Source: a virus (Duplodnaviria; Caudoviricetes). Taken from it: a stretch of 51,656 bases of DNA. Within the stretch, counting starts at the first letter, position 1, and the number at the start of each line of letters is the position of its first letter. The DNA lies in IMG/VR virus record IMGVR_UViG_3300032046_000037, positions 1 through 51,656 of that record; one strand, 5' to 3'. Shown in pieces: positions 1 to 9,112 of the stretch. The notes beneath the pieces are model-generated. The model searched no databases, was not told the DNA's origin, and was given only the letters and a program-made list of their open reading frames with translations. The translations under genes and the position numbers were made by a program.

Positions 1-10
1 CGATAAGCTG
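1..10. repeat. Terminal direct repeat/assembly overlap CGATAAGCTG (also 51647-51656)
   Basis: First 10 nt equal last 10 nt; an ORF continues in frame across the join. Confidence 0.85.
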
Positions 11-391
11 GCAGAGTATTGCTATAGTTTTAAAGAGCGGGCGGATTATATCAGAGGGGAAAAACCGAAAAAGGAGATTGGAATCCGCCTGCGATTATTC
101 AAACCGGTCAGAGGCAAACTACCTGTTAAGTTTAACAAGGTGTTGGAGGCATATGAGAAAGCGGCGGAGGCCTATGAGAAGGTGTGGGAGGCTCGTGGGA
201 AGGTGTGGGAGGCTCGTGGGAAGGTGTGGGCGTTGGAGTCCTATGAGAAGGCGTGGGAGGCCTGTGAGGAAGCGTTGAAGGCTCGTGAGAAGGTGTGGGC
301 GGAGGAGGCGTGCAAAGACAAGGTTGAGGCCTTACATAAAAAGGAATGTCCTAATTGTCCGTGGGATGGCAAGAGAATTAGATTTGAATAG
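11..391 (+). CDS. 3' part of junction-spanning protein with 7-aa helical repeats (KVWEARG) and C-terminal CPNCPW motif
   Basis: Open frame from 11 through track ORF 140..391; 21-nt tandem repeats at ~178-230. Confidence 0.75.
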   Translation, partial: AEYCYSFKERADYIRGEKPKKEIGIRLRLFKPVRGKLPVKFNKVLEAYEKAAEAYEKVWEARGKVWEARGKVWALESYEKAWEACEEALKAREKVWAEEACKDKVEALHKKECPNCPWDGKRIRFE

Positions 392-421
392 CCGACAGGT
401 TTTAATCGAAAAGGTGAAAGA

Positions 422-625
422 ATGAGTATATGCGATATTTGCGGCAAACCCGCAACCGTAGAGGCCGCAGGTGGCAAAGTAATGCAATCGGCTGACAGCA
501 TTGGTGATTCTTATGGCTTCGACCGACCTTATCCGCAAAATAAAGTAATGAGATGTGATAAGCACAAAGATAAACCCGATGCATCCTTCGGCGAATTATG
601 GCGATGGAGAAAATTAACTGTTTGA
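422..625 (+). CDS. Small Cys-containing (zinc-ribbon-like) hypothetical protein
   Basis: CDICG...RCDKH; AAGG upstream of ATG. Confidence 0.6.
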   Translation: MSICDICGKPATVEAAGGKVMQSADSIGDSYGFDRPYPQNKVMRCDKHKDKPDASFGELWRWRKLTV

Positions 626-859
626 AAAGGCAGAAAAATGATTAGTAAAAAAGAAGGAGAATAGCGATGGAGCAAGTGACGAGGAAAGAGAAAGGGGAAT
701 GAGTATGAGAGATGGATGGGGCAAGAGTTTATGTCTGTTGGTATCCATGGTGATACTGCTACCATGGGCTATTCTATGGTGGATAACAAGGTGGGTGGAG
801 AGGTGGATGATATGGGTTGGTGAGGAGATGGATGGGTGGTATAAAAGGGGGCGGGGAAG

Positions 860-876
860 TGAGTGAAAATTCACGC
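860..876. promoter_or_regulatory. Putative operator TGAGTGAAAATTCACGC (GTGAA-AA-TTCAC inverted repeat)
   Basis: Exact 17-bp copy at 45847-45863, partial copy at 2598-2610; all intergenic or at gene ends. Confidence 0.5.
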
Positions 877-1036
877 AGTATTGGGAATGGGGGGAGGTAT
901 ATTAGATAGGTATTTAACAAAGGAGGAGGGGGTGTTAAGTAGTTAGTGAACAAGGGGGGTATGGTATAAGTAAAGTTAATAGTGGATGGGTATAAGCAAA
1001 AAAGTGACATATTTACAAGGATTTACAAGATTTATG

Positions 1037-1064
1037 TTGCACTTCATAAAGGCAGGGATATAAT
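1037..1064 (+). promoter_or_regulatory. Putative sigma70-type promoter flanked by ATTTACAAG repeats
   Basis: TTGCAC-16 nt-TATAAT; ATTTACAAG at 1011, 1021 and 1063. Confidence 0.45.
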
Positions 1065-1137
1065 TTACAAGTATGATATATCCGTTGTGGATGTATCGAG
1101 ATGACTGCTTTTTGACAAGTTCAGATGAGGTGCAAAA

Positions 1138-1617
1138 ATGAGTAAAGACACAAGGCAAGAGGAACGTCTCGACAGAATGAATGAGGCCGAAACAGCGAAA
1201 GCCGACTTATCGGTGGAAGCGGGACGGGATGTTCGGGAGGCCGTCAAACGTCAGATTTTGAAGGACGTGGGACGGTGTCCAAAAGTGTTGCTGAATTGGG
1301 TATTCCGATTGGGGGAGGGAAAACCAACGTTGGCCGACTTATACCCGAAAATGGTGGCGATTGGGTATGGGACGGAGTTGGAGGTCGTCTGTGATTGTAT
1401 CAGCGAATTGGTGGCGGATGGGAAGGTGGCTATCGTTGGGAATATCCCGGCGAAGGTTACAGGCGCAGTCTTGGTTGAACACGTTAAGGCGTGGGATGCT
1501 GCAAGACACGCACGCCCGCACGTGATAAGCACGGGCGCAAGGGCTGCACTGGTGCAACCGATTAGGGTGACAGGAAAAAACCTAACAAACGAACAAGTGA
1601 TGGCGATGCTCAGCTAG
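1138..1617 (+). CDS. Hypothetical protein
   Basis: 159-aa ORF with GAGGTG Shine-Dalgarno. Confidence 0.75.
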   Translation: MSKDTRQEERLDRMNEAETAKADLSVEAGRDVREAVKRQILKDVGRCPKVLLNWVFRLGEGKPTLADLYPKMVAIGYGTELEVVCDCISELVADGKVAIVGNIPAKVTGAVLVEHVKAWDAARHARPHVISTGARAALVQPIRVTGKNLTNEQVMAMLS

Positions 1618-1687
1618 CTGAAACGTTGGCACAGCAGCGAAGGCGGGCAGTAATAGCAAGGGCTTGGCTGCAATAAATTGAAGGGAA

Positions 1688-2056
1688 TTGAATATGGCGA
1701 TAAGAGGACATATAAGACAGACGGACTCTCAAGTGGTCTATGATGAAGCAACCGGGACACCATTAGAATTGGCGGTCATAGAATCACCCGCTGAACGGGC
1801 GGAGAGAGACTATCAAATAGAATTATCTGAACGGCTACAGCAGCAGATTAATACGGCGGTCGATGTATTAGGCGTAGTAGCGATATTGCAAGCCCTATTG
1901 ATTAGTAGCCGTAAATCATTAGTGGATGTAAAAGAATCGTTATCACCATCATCAATACTCCAGGGCTGTCTAGAGTATTATTGGCAGGAGACCGTAGCAG
2001 TAGTTTCGCAGGCGATTGGACGGATGTTGGTCGCCGAAAAGAGAGCCGGGGCGTAA
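1688..2056 (+). CDS. Hypothetical protein (start may be ATG 1694)
   Basis: 122-aa ORF followed by a terminator. Confidence 0.65.
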   Translation: MNMAIRGHIRQTDSQVVYDEATGTPLELAVIESPAERAERDYQIELSERLQQQINTAVDVLGVVAILQALLISSRKSLVDVKESLSPSSILQGCLEYYWQETVAVVSQAIGRMLVAEKRAGA

Positions 2057-2078
2057 AACCACAAACGGTGAACCAGCG

Positions 2079-2115
2079 AAAAGCCCAGATGCTCACAAAG
2101 CTCTGGGCTTTTTTT
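2079..2115 (+). terminator. Rho-independent terminator
   Basis: AAAAGCCCAGA...TCTGGGCTTTT stem followed by T tract. Confidence 0.8.
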
Positions 2116-2343
2116 GTTGGATGCCACGCCCCTCTCTTGAACCCGCAGCGGGGGGTAGTTTTATACCCTCCCATCTATTCTAATCGATTGTAGCCCCTCC
2201 TACGCATCCGTTTTTTGCCGATGTCGTCTGATTTCGCTCTTTTTTGCTCCTGCCCGTCAAAACCCCACTTTCGAATGTCCCCTCCTATGTCCCTCCCGAT
2301 GTCCCTATATGGGGACAGGGGATACAAAAAAGGCCGGTGAGTG

Positions 2344-2382
2344 TGGGCTGCCGACTTGGGCTGCCGACTTGGGCTGCCGACT
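2344..2382. repeat. Tandem repeat 3 x TGGGCTGCCGACT
   Basis: Three exact 13-mers. Confidence 0.9.
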
Positions 2383-2674
2383 GCTCCTCTGCAAAGTGAA
2401 TCCCTCCGTGACTATCACACTTTTCCCTCGAAAGTCAAGAAAAGCACTACATAACAAACCACAAATTTAGTTGCATATCTACCACAAACCACATAAACCA
2501 CACAAATCGCCTAAAGCCCCCCACCCCCCCGACCCCCCAGCGAAAGTGGAGATATATGGGGGAAAGACCTCCCCCCTTTTAATTCCCCCCAGGATTCTGA
2601 GTGAAAATTCCCATAGTCTTGGTCCGAATCCGGCCCCCTCTTTTTTTTCTGCAGAGGTAGTTTCAGGACTTCCA

Positions 2675-2750
2675 CCAACTTCCTATAGGGAGTTGGGAAC
2701 TGGGAACTGGGAGTTGGGAGTTGGGAACATCCTACAGGGAACAGGAAGTT
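2675..2750. repeat. Near-perfect palindrome CCAACTTCCTATAGGGAGTTGG plus GGGAGTT/GGGAACT heptamer repeats
   Basis: Seen directly; related to 45877-46057. Confidence 0.8.
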
Positions 2751-3043
2751 TGTTGGATATTTAACTAACATATTACCCTAACCCACTACCCCTACCCCGC
2801 AAACATATAGTATTTTTTGGGGGAATAAAATTATAATTCTAATAGAAATAAGGACTTACAATAGTTTTTATCTGGTAAAGGGGCTAAAGGTAAGTTCTTT
2901 TAATTAAGTTGGATATGTATATATATAGGGGCGGGTGGGGGGGGATAGACCCAATTTTTTTTCCGGCAACTTTTTCTAAAAAATCCACTAATCCTCTTTT
3001 CTGTTAGATTTATAAATTTTTGAAAATAAATTTATTTTTTCCC

Positions 3044-3071
3044 TTGACATAGGGAGGGGGGGTGATATAAT
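3044..3071 (+). promoter_or_regulatory. Strong sigma70-type promoter
   Basis: TTGACA-16 nt-TATAAT with extended TG and AT-rich upstream tract. Confidence 0.75.
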
Positions 3072-3133
3072 ATGAGTAATGGATATTGGTATAAACCAGT
3101 CGATATTATTTGAAAATGTGAAAGGAAAAACTA

Positions 3134-3826
3134 ATGAATAAAATGAGAACACTTTTCACGCCTCTCCTGGAGCCACGGATACCTCCACGACAATGTATTC
3201 AATGCAAGATTTATTACCCTAATAAAAGAAGATATTTCCACAGACGACACTCCAGTTGGTATGAAGGATGGTGTTGTTATTGTGTGGCAGAAAAATTTGC
3301 TCCCCATCAACAGATACACTATGACCCTAATACCCCTCCTAATGAGGCCAAGGGGGAACAGAAATGCGGAGTTTGTAGCCGCAACTTTATTTATCACCCC
3401 CACAACTTCAATTTGAAGTATCATCATCCATCCGGTCTTTCTCCGTGCTGCCGCCTGTGTGAGGCACAGGAACGCCGTGAATTCTGGCGAAAAGTAACTG
3501 AAAAGTATCTCAAACGCAAGACAGATGATGAGGCCATCGCCGCCGCTTTCAAGCGGGGACAGGAAACTGGCGATATGTCCGAATGGCAATACCTCTATGC
3601 CAGACAGGAGGCCGAGGACATCAATGCAGACCTCGATGAACTCCACCGGCAACAAACTATTCGTTACGCCAGATATGAAGAAGAGTTGAAACAACTTACA
3701 GGTGGAAAGGAAGATAATGACCCAAAACCAGATGACACCGGACAGGATGAAACTAATCCTGAGCAGTTTGAAACCTGTGGAAACCGTGGAAACCAAAGAT
3801 TCGACTCCATCTCAGAAGGCATTTGA
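3134..3826 (+). CDS. Cys-rich (zinc-finger-like) hypothetical protein
   Basis: CIQC, CCYC, CGVC, CRLC pairs; AAGGA RBS; acidic tail overlaps next gene. Confidence 0.7.
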   Translation: MNKMRTLFTPLLEPRIPPRQCIQCKIYYPNKRRYFHRRHSSWYEGWCCYCVAEKFAPHQQIHYDPNTPPNEAKGEQKCGVCSRNFIYHPHNFNLKYHHPSGLSPCCRLCEAQERREFWRKVTEKYLKRKTDDEAIAAAFKRGQETGDMSEWQYLYARQEAEDINADLDELHRQQTIRYARYEEELKQLTGGKEDNDPKPDDTGQDETNPEQFETCGNRGNQRFDSISEGI

Positions 3827-5141
3827 ACTGCCCATCAACCAAATCCTATGTGGAGATTGCCGAGAGGTCGTCCAGTCGTGGCCTGCCGCCTGCATAGATA
3901 CCATCATTACGGACCCTCCTTATAATTTGGGTTTTATGGGCAAGGAATGGGATTCATCTGGTATTGCTTTCAATGTCCCATTATGGAAGGAAATGCTGCG
4001 TATTGCCAAGCCGGGTGCCATTATGCTCGTATTCGGAGGCACCCGCACCTTCCACCGCCTGACCTGTGCCATAGAGGATGCCGGTTGGGAAATCCGAGAT
4101 TGCCTGATGTGGCTTTATGGCAGTGGCATGCCAAAATCTATGAACATAAGCAAAGCCATCGACAAATCCAAGGGGGCACAACGAGAAGTAATCGGAGAGG
4201 GAAGAAGTGGAAATCCAGAAACTCACACATCGATTTATCGAATGAGTCAGCAAGGAAACAATACTTTTGGGGGTAAAATTGACATTACTATTCCCGCCTC
4301 TGACCTCGCCAAACTCTGGGACGGATGGGGCACTGCCCTTAAGCCGAGCTTTGAGCCTATATTATTATGTCAAAAACCCCTTGACGGCACCTTCGCCCAC
4401 AACGCCGAGAAATACGGCGTGGCGGGGTTAAATATAGACGCAGCGAGAATAGGAACAGGGAACCATATAGTCCACGGCAAGGAAGTGGGTAAATTTCAAC
4501 CTTGTGGTGGACAGGCTATAAAAGACTATCATGAAGTCCAAGGCCGCTGGCCCGCCAACGTAATCCTCGAATGTATCTGTGATGAGGTGATAGAGGGAAA
4601 AGAGATAGGTAGAGAAGGGGGATATAATTTTGAAAAATCCAACAATGATAATCCTTCTCATATAACTACAAACATAAAAAGTGGTATTCACTTCAAAGAT
4701 AGACAGCTCATCCACACCAATCCCGAATGTCCTTGTTATATGCTTGACCAGCAAAGCGGCACACTCAAAGGTGGAGCCAGCAGATTTTTTTATTGTGCTA
4801 AGAGTCCAAAATCAGAACGTGATGCTGGATTGGAAGATATGCCCGAACAAATCAAAGTATGGACTGGTCAATCTGATAAATCGAGTAAGGATATAAAGGA
4901 TGTGGAACAGCGATTTACGACCAAGATAAAGAACAGCCATCCCACAGTCAAGCCCCTGAAACTGATGGAATACCTCTGCAAACTAACCTCTACTCCCACC
5001 GGCGGTCTTATTCTTGACCCCTTCTGTGGTTCTGGTTCGACTTGTATAGCCGCCAAGCGTCTTGGCCGTCCATTCATAGGAATAGATAAAGAAAAAATTT
5101 ACTGCGAAATATCTTGCAAACGTCTAAATGCTGTAGTATAA
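3717..5141 (+). CDS. DNA amino-methyltransferase (N6_N4_Mtase, beta-type motif order) with large insertion
   Basis: ILCGDC, TDPPY catalytic motif, HPTVKP, LDPFCGSGST SAM-binding motif; start set at ATG 3717 by RBS. Confidence 0.92.
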   Translation: MTQNQMTPDRMKLILSSLKPVETVETKDSTPSQKAFELPINQILCGDCREVVQSWPAACIDTIITDPPYNLGFMGKEWDSSGIAFNVPLWKEMLRIAKPGAIMLVFGGTRTFHRLTCAIEDAGWEIRDCLMWLYGSGMPKSMNISKAIDKSKGAQREVIGEGRSGNPETHTSIYRMSQQGNNTFGGKIDITIPASDLAKLWDGWGTALKPSFEPILLCQKPLDGTFAHNAEKYGVAGLNIDAARIGTGNHIVHGKEVGKFQPCGGQAIKDYHEVQGRWPANVILECICDEVIEGKEIGREGGYNFEKSNNDNPSHITTNIKSGIHFKDRQLIHTNPECPCYMLDQQSGTLKGGASRFFYCAKSPKSERDAGLEDMPEQIKVWTGQSDKSSKDIKDVEQRFTTKIKNSHPTVKPLKLMEYLCKLTSTPTGGLILDPFCGSGSTCIAAKRLGRPFIGIDKEKIYCEISCKRLNAVV

Positions 5142-5142
5142 T

Positions 5143-5709
5143 ATGGATAGTATGATTGAGACCCAACAAAAAAAGGTTAGTTTTGCAGAGGCCAATGGCG
5201 GCATTCCCACGGATATGATGGGTGCTGGTTTCGGTATCCATCTGTTCTCATTCGGGACTATGCGGGAATTGAAGTATCTCTGCCAGGCATTTGGAATAAG
5301 CCGCCAGTCGGCCATTCATTTGTGTAAGGCACTCCGTGTCCCTCTATTCTATATAGGCAAAGCCATTCTATTCCAACAATTTGCTCTGGAGCGAGTCCTC
5401 TACATTCTTACCCGTGCTGGCGGAACAGGGTTTGCTGCTCCGGGGTCTAAGTTCAAGGCAAGAGGCAGGAGTGGCGTGCCGTTTGATGTAACAGATTCAC
5501 ACCTCAAGATGCTGAATGACCCATTGATACTTGCAGAAATGTTCTTTGGTAGTGGCAGACGTGAGAAAGCCGCCAAGGCCCTGGCAGATGTTATCAAGAA
5601 GCTGGGACTTCCCCGGAATCGCCACAAAAAAAAGATTGACACAAGAGGGGAGAATGTGGATAATGAGAATATCGAGAATAAACATAGATATGACGAGGTT
5701 GCAGGATGA
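5143..5709 (+). CDS. Hypothetical protein, possible HTH DNA-binding
   Basis: LKYLCQAFGISRQSAIHLCK resembles a helix-turn-helix. Confidence 0.6.
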   Translation: MDSMIETQQKKVSFAEANGGIPTDMMGAGFGIHLFSFGTMRELKYLCQAFGISRQSAIHLCKALRVPLFYIGKAILFQQFALERVLYILTRAGGTGFAAPGSKFKARGRSGVPFDVTDSHLKMLNDPLILAEMFFGSGRREKAAKALADVIKKLGLPRNRHKKKIDTRGENVDNENIENKHRYDEVAG

Positions 5710-5909
5710 AAATTCAATTTGAATCAGAATTTAGATGTGGAGACAGAGTGCACCTTGTTTTGAACCCCCTGCTCAAAGGGCAAACAGTTTGCATCCAGGT
5801 ATGGAATAACTCAAATATAGACTATAAGGTGACATATCTTGATGTAGATGGAAATGTTAGAGAAGGTGTCTTTTTTCCTTATGAACTGGAAAGTGAGGAG
5901 GCAGAATAA
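5706..5909 (+). CDS. Small SH3/KOW-like hypothetical protein
   Basis: FRCGDRVHL...YKVTY...FPYELE pattern; ATGA coupling to upstream gene. Confidence 0.65.
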   Translation: MKIQFESEFRCGDRVHLVLNPLLKGQTVCIQVWNNSNIDYKVTYLDVDGNVREGVFFPYELESEEAE

Positions 5910-5958
5910 GAGATGAAAAGTGCTGACCAAAAATGAAACAGGAGTTGTAGGATAATAG

Positions 5959-6525
5959 ATGGATAGCAGTATTATACAACTACAACGATTAACGCCAGAC
6001 CAGTTACAGCGACTAATTGGATTCTCTGACCCTATTTCCTTATTAGAACAGCTTGAGACCTGTGACTGGAATAATAAAGAGGAAATACAGCAACTCGTAG
6101 AACTGGCACGTCAGGAGGATAATCTTAACGTAAAGTTGAGGGCTATTAAGTATTTGCGTGAATTGCTTTATCAGGCCCTGGAAGGTCTTGGTTTGAGAGT
6201 CCACGCCAAGAGAACTCTGGCGGGAACGGATGGCAGCACCATCTCATTGAGTGCCGACCTCATAGCCAAAGCCTTGTCTGATAAACCAATAAAGATATTA
6301 CCAGAAAACATAGAAAGCGAAGTGGCACCGCCACAAGGAGAACCAAATGACTCCAGAAACCGAAGCAAGAATGAATCAACCTCAGAAACAACCTCAGAAA
6401 CAACCTCAGAAACAACCAAAGAAGGAGGAGGATGTGTCGATAAAGACCAGTCCACAGGAGACCATCGCCCCCCCGGAGAATCCTATTCAAACCTCTTCCC
6501 CGGCCTTGCCTCCGGGGGAGATTGA
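5959..6525 (+). CDS. Probable terminase small subunit
   Basis: Upstream of TerL; helical EEIQQLVELAR...VKLRAIKYL segment typical of TerS; position-based inference. Confidence 0.5.
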   Translation: MDSSIIQLQRLTPDQLQRLIGFSDPISLLEQLETCDWNNKEEIQQLVELARQEDNLNVKLRAIKYLRELLYQALEGLGLRVHAKRTLAGTDGSTISLSADLIAKALSDKPIKILPENIESEVAPPQGEPNDSRNRSKNESTSETTSETTSETTKEGGGCVDKDQSTGDHRPPGESYSNLFPGLASGGD

Positions 6526-6886
6526 GGTAGGATTGTATAACTTCATCACCTATCTCCGTGAGAATTGGCATACTTACGCCGTTGCTATGCACTTCAAAGT
6601 CCTGTGTAGTGAATTGCCCGCCATACTACCGCAATCTCCATTGTGGGCGATTCCACGGGCTATGGAAATTCCAGTAATGGTCCATGCACGAATGATGGAC
6701 CCGGATTACATCGCTAGCATATGGCCGTCCCTGAAAATCGTAATGGGGTCTAACATAGGTAATCTCCAGTGGACAGCCAATGTAGCAACTTCCATAACAC
6801 TATTCAATGTAATAAATCTACTCCCGGTAATCGTTGACCAGTTCGAGAAATTGGAAAAGGATTCTGGCAAAGAAATAACAAGATGA
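6347..6886 (+). CDS. Hypothetical protein overlapping upstream gene by 179 nt
   Basis: AAGGAG RBS before ATG 6347; ordered hydrophobic C-terminal domain. Confidence 0.65.
   Translation: MTPETEARMNQPQKQPQKQPQKQPKKEEDVSIKTSPQETIAPPENPIQTSSPALPPGEIEVGLYNFITYLRENWHTYAVAMHFKVLCSELPAILPQSPLWAIPRAMEIPVMVHARMMDPDYIASIWPSLKIVMGSNIGNLQWTANVATSITLFNVINLLPVIVDQFEKLEKDSGKEITR
6377..6417. repeat. Tandem repeat 3.4 x CAACCTCAGAAA
   Basis: Exact 12-mers inside the gene overlap. Confidence 0.9.
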
Positions 6887-6948
6887 ATGAATATGATTTT
6901 GAAGTAGAAACTGAAAAAGGCAGATGATTATTTAAGGGGGTATAAAAA

Positions 6949-8778
6949 TTGACAACTTGGTTCCCGTTACCTGAAAACTACGGCGATATGACCCCCGCCG
7001 ACCAGAGGACTGCACGACTTGCAATCCTTATGGCTCAATCTACGCCTGAGAAACTCGTGCGGGCGTGGGAATTTTTCCGTAACATCTACCTTAAACCGAT
7101 TGGCAAAGGCTTCTACAGAACAGGATTTGTTCCATCTCCGCCCTTTCACTTTACAATGATAGAAGATTTAGGACGCTATGCTCGTAATGCTGAGGCTGCA
7201 CCACGTGGGTCAGCCAAGTCAACAGTGATAGGATGCGAAGTCATCTTACTTTTGCTGTTGACCCGGCCTTACTTTTCTATCGTTCTTGGTATGGCCACTG
7301 ATTCTCTAATTGAGGCACGTTTCGATACCGTAATGGACCAACTTACTACAAATCCTTTAATTATTGAGGATTTCGGGAATCAAAAACCAAATAGAGGAGA
7401 TGCCATTTGGAACCACCATCACATTCACCTAAATAATGGTTCTACTTTGCAGGGTTTTAGTGTTATGGGTAGAAAACGGGGTGCACGTGCCCATTTGTTC
7501 ATCCTCGATGACCCCGAATCAGACCCTGATTCCGAATCACAGGAATCACAGCAGCTTGTCCTTGAAAAATTTGAACGTATCCTGTTTCGACAGATTATCC
7601 CGATGTTGGAACATGGGTCTGCCATATTCTGGATTGGCACTCTTATCAATCGAAGGTCTTTCCTCTATCATGCTACCTGTTCTGACGACCCTCGTTTTAC
7701 CTTCTGGAACCGCCGTGTATTCTCGGCCATCGACTATAATCAGATAGACCCCACCCATGTTTCTATCTTATGGCCGGATAAAATGTCTCGTGAATTCCTT
7801 GAGGCCAGACGTGCAGAGATAGGGGACTCCGCCTTTGCCGCCGAATATATGAATGACCCAACCAGCGAGACCGCCAGACTCTTTACCGTTGACCCACGAC
7901 TCAACGAATATACTGTCCTCGATTACAACTACGATGAACCTCCGACAAAGAACCCTTTTGCATCCTCTGCAGAAGTAATTTGGTATCTCAAAGACGGGGC
8001 AAACTTCAAAGAGTGCAAAAAACTATTTAAGGATTGGATTGCCCCAATGTATCGGATTGCTACTTTCGATTTTGCAAGTGGACTGGGGCAGCACGCTGAT
8101 TACTCCTGTCTCGCCATTATGGGATTTGATACTTTTAATATCCTATGGCTTCTCGATATGTGGCTCGGACGTGCACGAGATGCACAATTACTCTCTACTA
8201 TTTACCAGATGACGGAAAAATGGAAAGTGAGGATTATAGGGGTAGAGTCATCGAGTATTCAAATTCAGTTTGCAGAGGCAGTTGATGAATTTGTGGGAAC
8301 ACGGTCTGCATCCTCTCTAGGTGGTTGGAGACCACGGGTTATGCCGGTGAAGTATCCGCCCAATATGTCGAAAGGAAGCAGGATAGCAGGGCTTGAGTGG
8401 CGGTTTGTAGCAGGTAAGATAAAGTATCCTGCCCATCTTGCAGGCAGGTGGCCATTCAGCCAATTATATATGCAGACCCACGATTTTACCAAGGATTTGG
8501 CGCTCTTGCCGAAGGATGATGCAGTAGATACAGTGGCTATGTCGCAATATGTAGTCCACACAAAAGGAACAAAGTCGGCACTTGGAGAGAAGAAGAAAGG
8601 AACCCTTGTGGACCGTATAATGCTCGGCGAGCAGGTCACAGGATTGCCTTTTCTTTCCAGTGCCGACTTACACTCTTTGACTCCAGAGGAAATGGCCGCT
8701 CTTGAGGACAAGGCATATAGGACAAGTAAGGTAAATAGGACACGGTTTGACATAAGAAGGCCGCAAGTAATAGGTTGA
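6949..8778 (+). CDS. terL: Terminase large subunit
   Basis: Walker A APRGSAKST, Walker B LFILDDPE, IGT coupling motif, RNase H-like DFASG..DYS..DDAVD. Confidence 0.93.
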   Translation: MTTWFPLPENYGDMTPADQRTARLAILMAQSTPEKLVRAWEFFRNIYLKPIGKGFYRTGFVPSPPFHFTMIEDLGRYARNAEAAPRGSAKSTVIGCEVILLLLLTRPYFSIVLGMATDSLIEARFDTVMDQLTTNPLIIEDFGNQKPNRGDAIWNHHHIHLNNGSTLQGFSVMGRKRGARAHLFILDDPESDPDSESQESQQLVLEKFERILFRQIIPMLEHGSAIFWIGTLINRRSFLYHATCSDDPRFTFWNRRVFSAIDYNQIDPTHVSILWPDKMSREFLEARRAEIGDSAFAAEYMNDPTSETARLFTVDPRLNEYTVLDYNYDEPPTKNPFASSAEVIWYLKDGANFKECKKLFKDWIAPMYRIATFDFASGLGQHADYSCLAIMGFDTFNILWLLDMWLGRARDAQLLSTIYQMTEKWKVRIIGVESSSIQIQFAEAVDEFVGTRSASSLGGWRPRVMPVKYPPNMSKGSRIAGLEWRFVAGKIKYPAHLAGRWPFSQLYMQTHDFTKDLALLPKDDAVDTVAMSQYVVHTKGTKSALGEKKKGTLVDRIMLGEQVTGLPFLSSADLHSLTPEEMAALEDKAYRTSKVNRTRFDIRRPQVIG

Positions 8779-8803
8779 CAGGAAAGAAAAAAGAGGGTAT
8801 AAT
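8775..8803 (+). promoter_or_regulatory. Consensus sigma70 promoter overlapping the terL stop
   Basis: TTGACA-17 nt-TATAAT. Confidence 0.7.
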
Positions 8804-9106
8804 ATGGAAACGATGATTTTACTAGTAATCGTAATAGGTTTTGGATTAGTCTTGGCCGTTTTGCTGGAGACGATATATCTACTTACAAAAACGGTATCCA
8901 GCCAAAATAGAGAGTTGTGTGCATTAGCACGTGAATCTCTAATAGCGGATGTATCAAAAGAAAATCCCAGTGCAGGGCGGTTGATTTTAGCATCAGATAA
9001 ACTCGATGGATTAGCAAGAAGTAACCTGAAGCCGATGGAAATAAAGAAACAACCAGAACAACCCAAGAGTGGGGTAGAGTTCACGATGGGTAATATCGGG
9101 GGGTAA
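8804..9106 (+). CDS. Small membrane-anchored protein
   Basis: N-terminal hydrophobic helix ILLVIVIGFGLVLAVLL. Confidence 0.7.
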   Translation: METMILLVIVIGFGLVLAVLLETIYLLTKTVSSQNRELCALARESLIADVSKENPSAGRLILASDKLDGLARSNLKPMEIKKQPEQPKSGVEFTMGNIGG

Positions 9107-9112
9107 AAAAGC

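Noticed and set aside
2471-2771. ORFs on both strands in the repeat region
   Set aside because: Low-complexity translations of DNA repeats, no RBS
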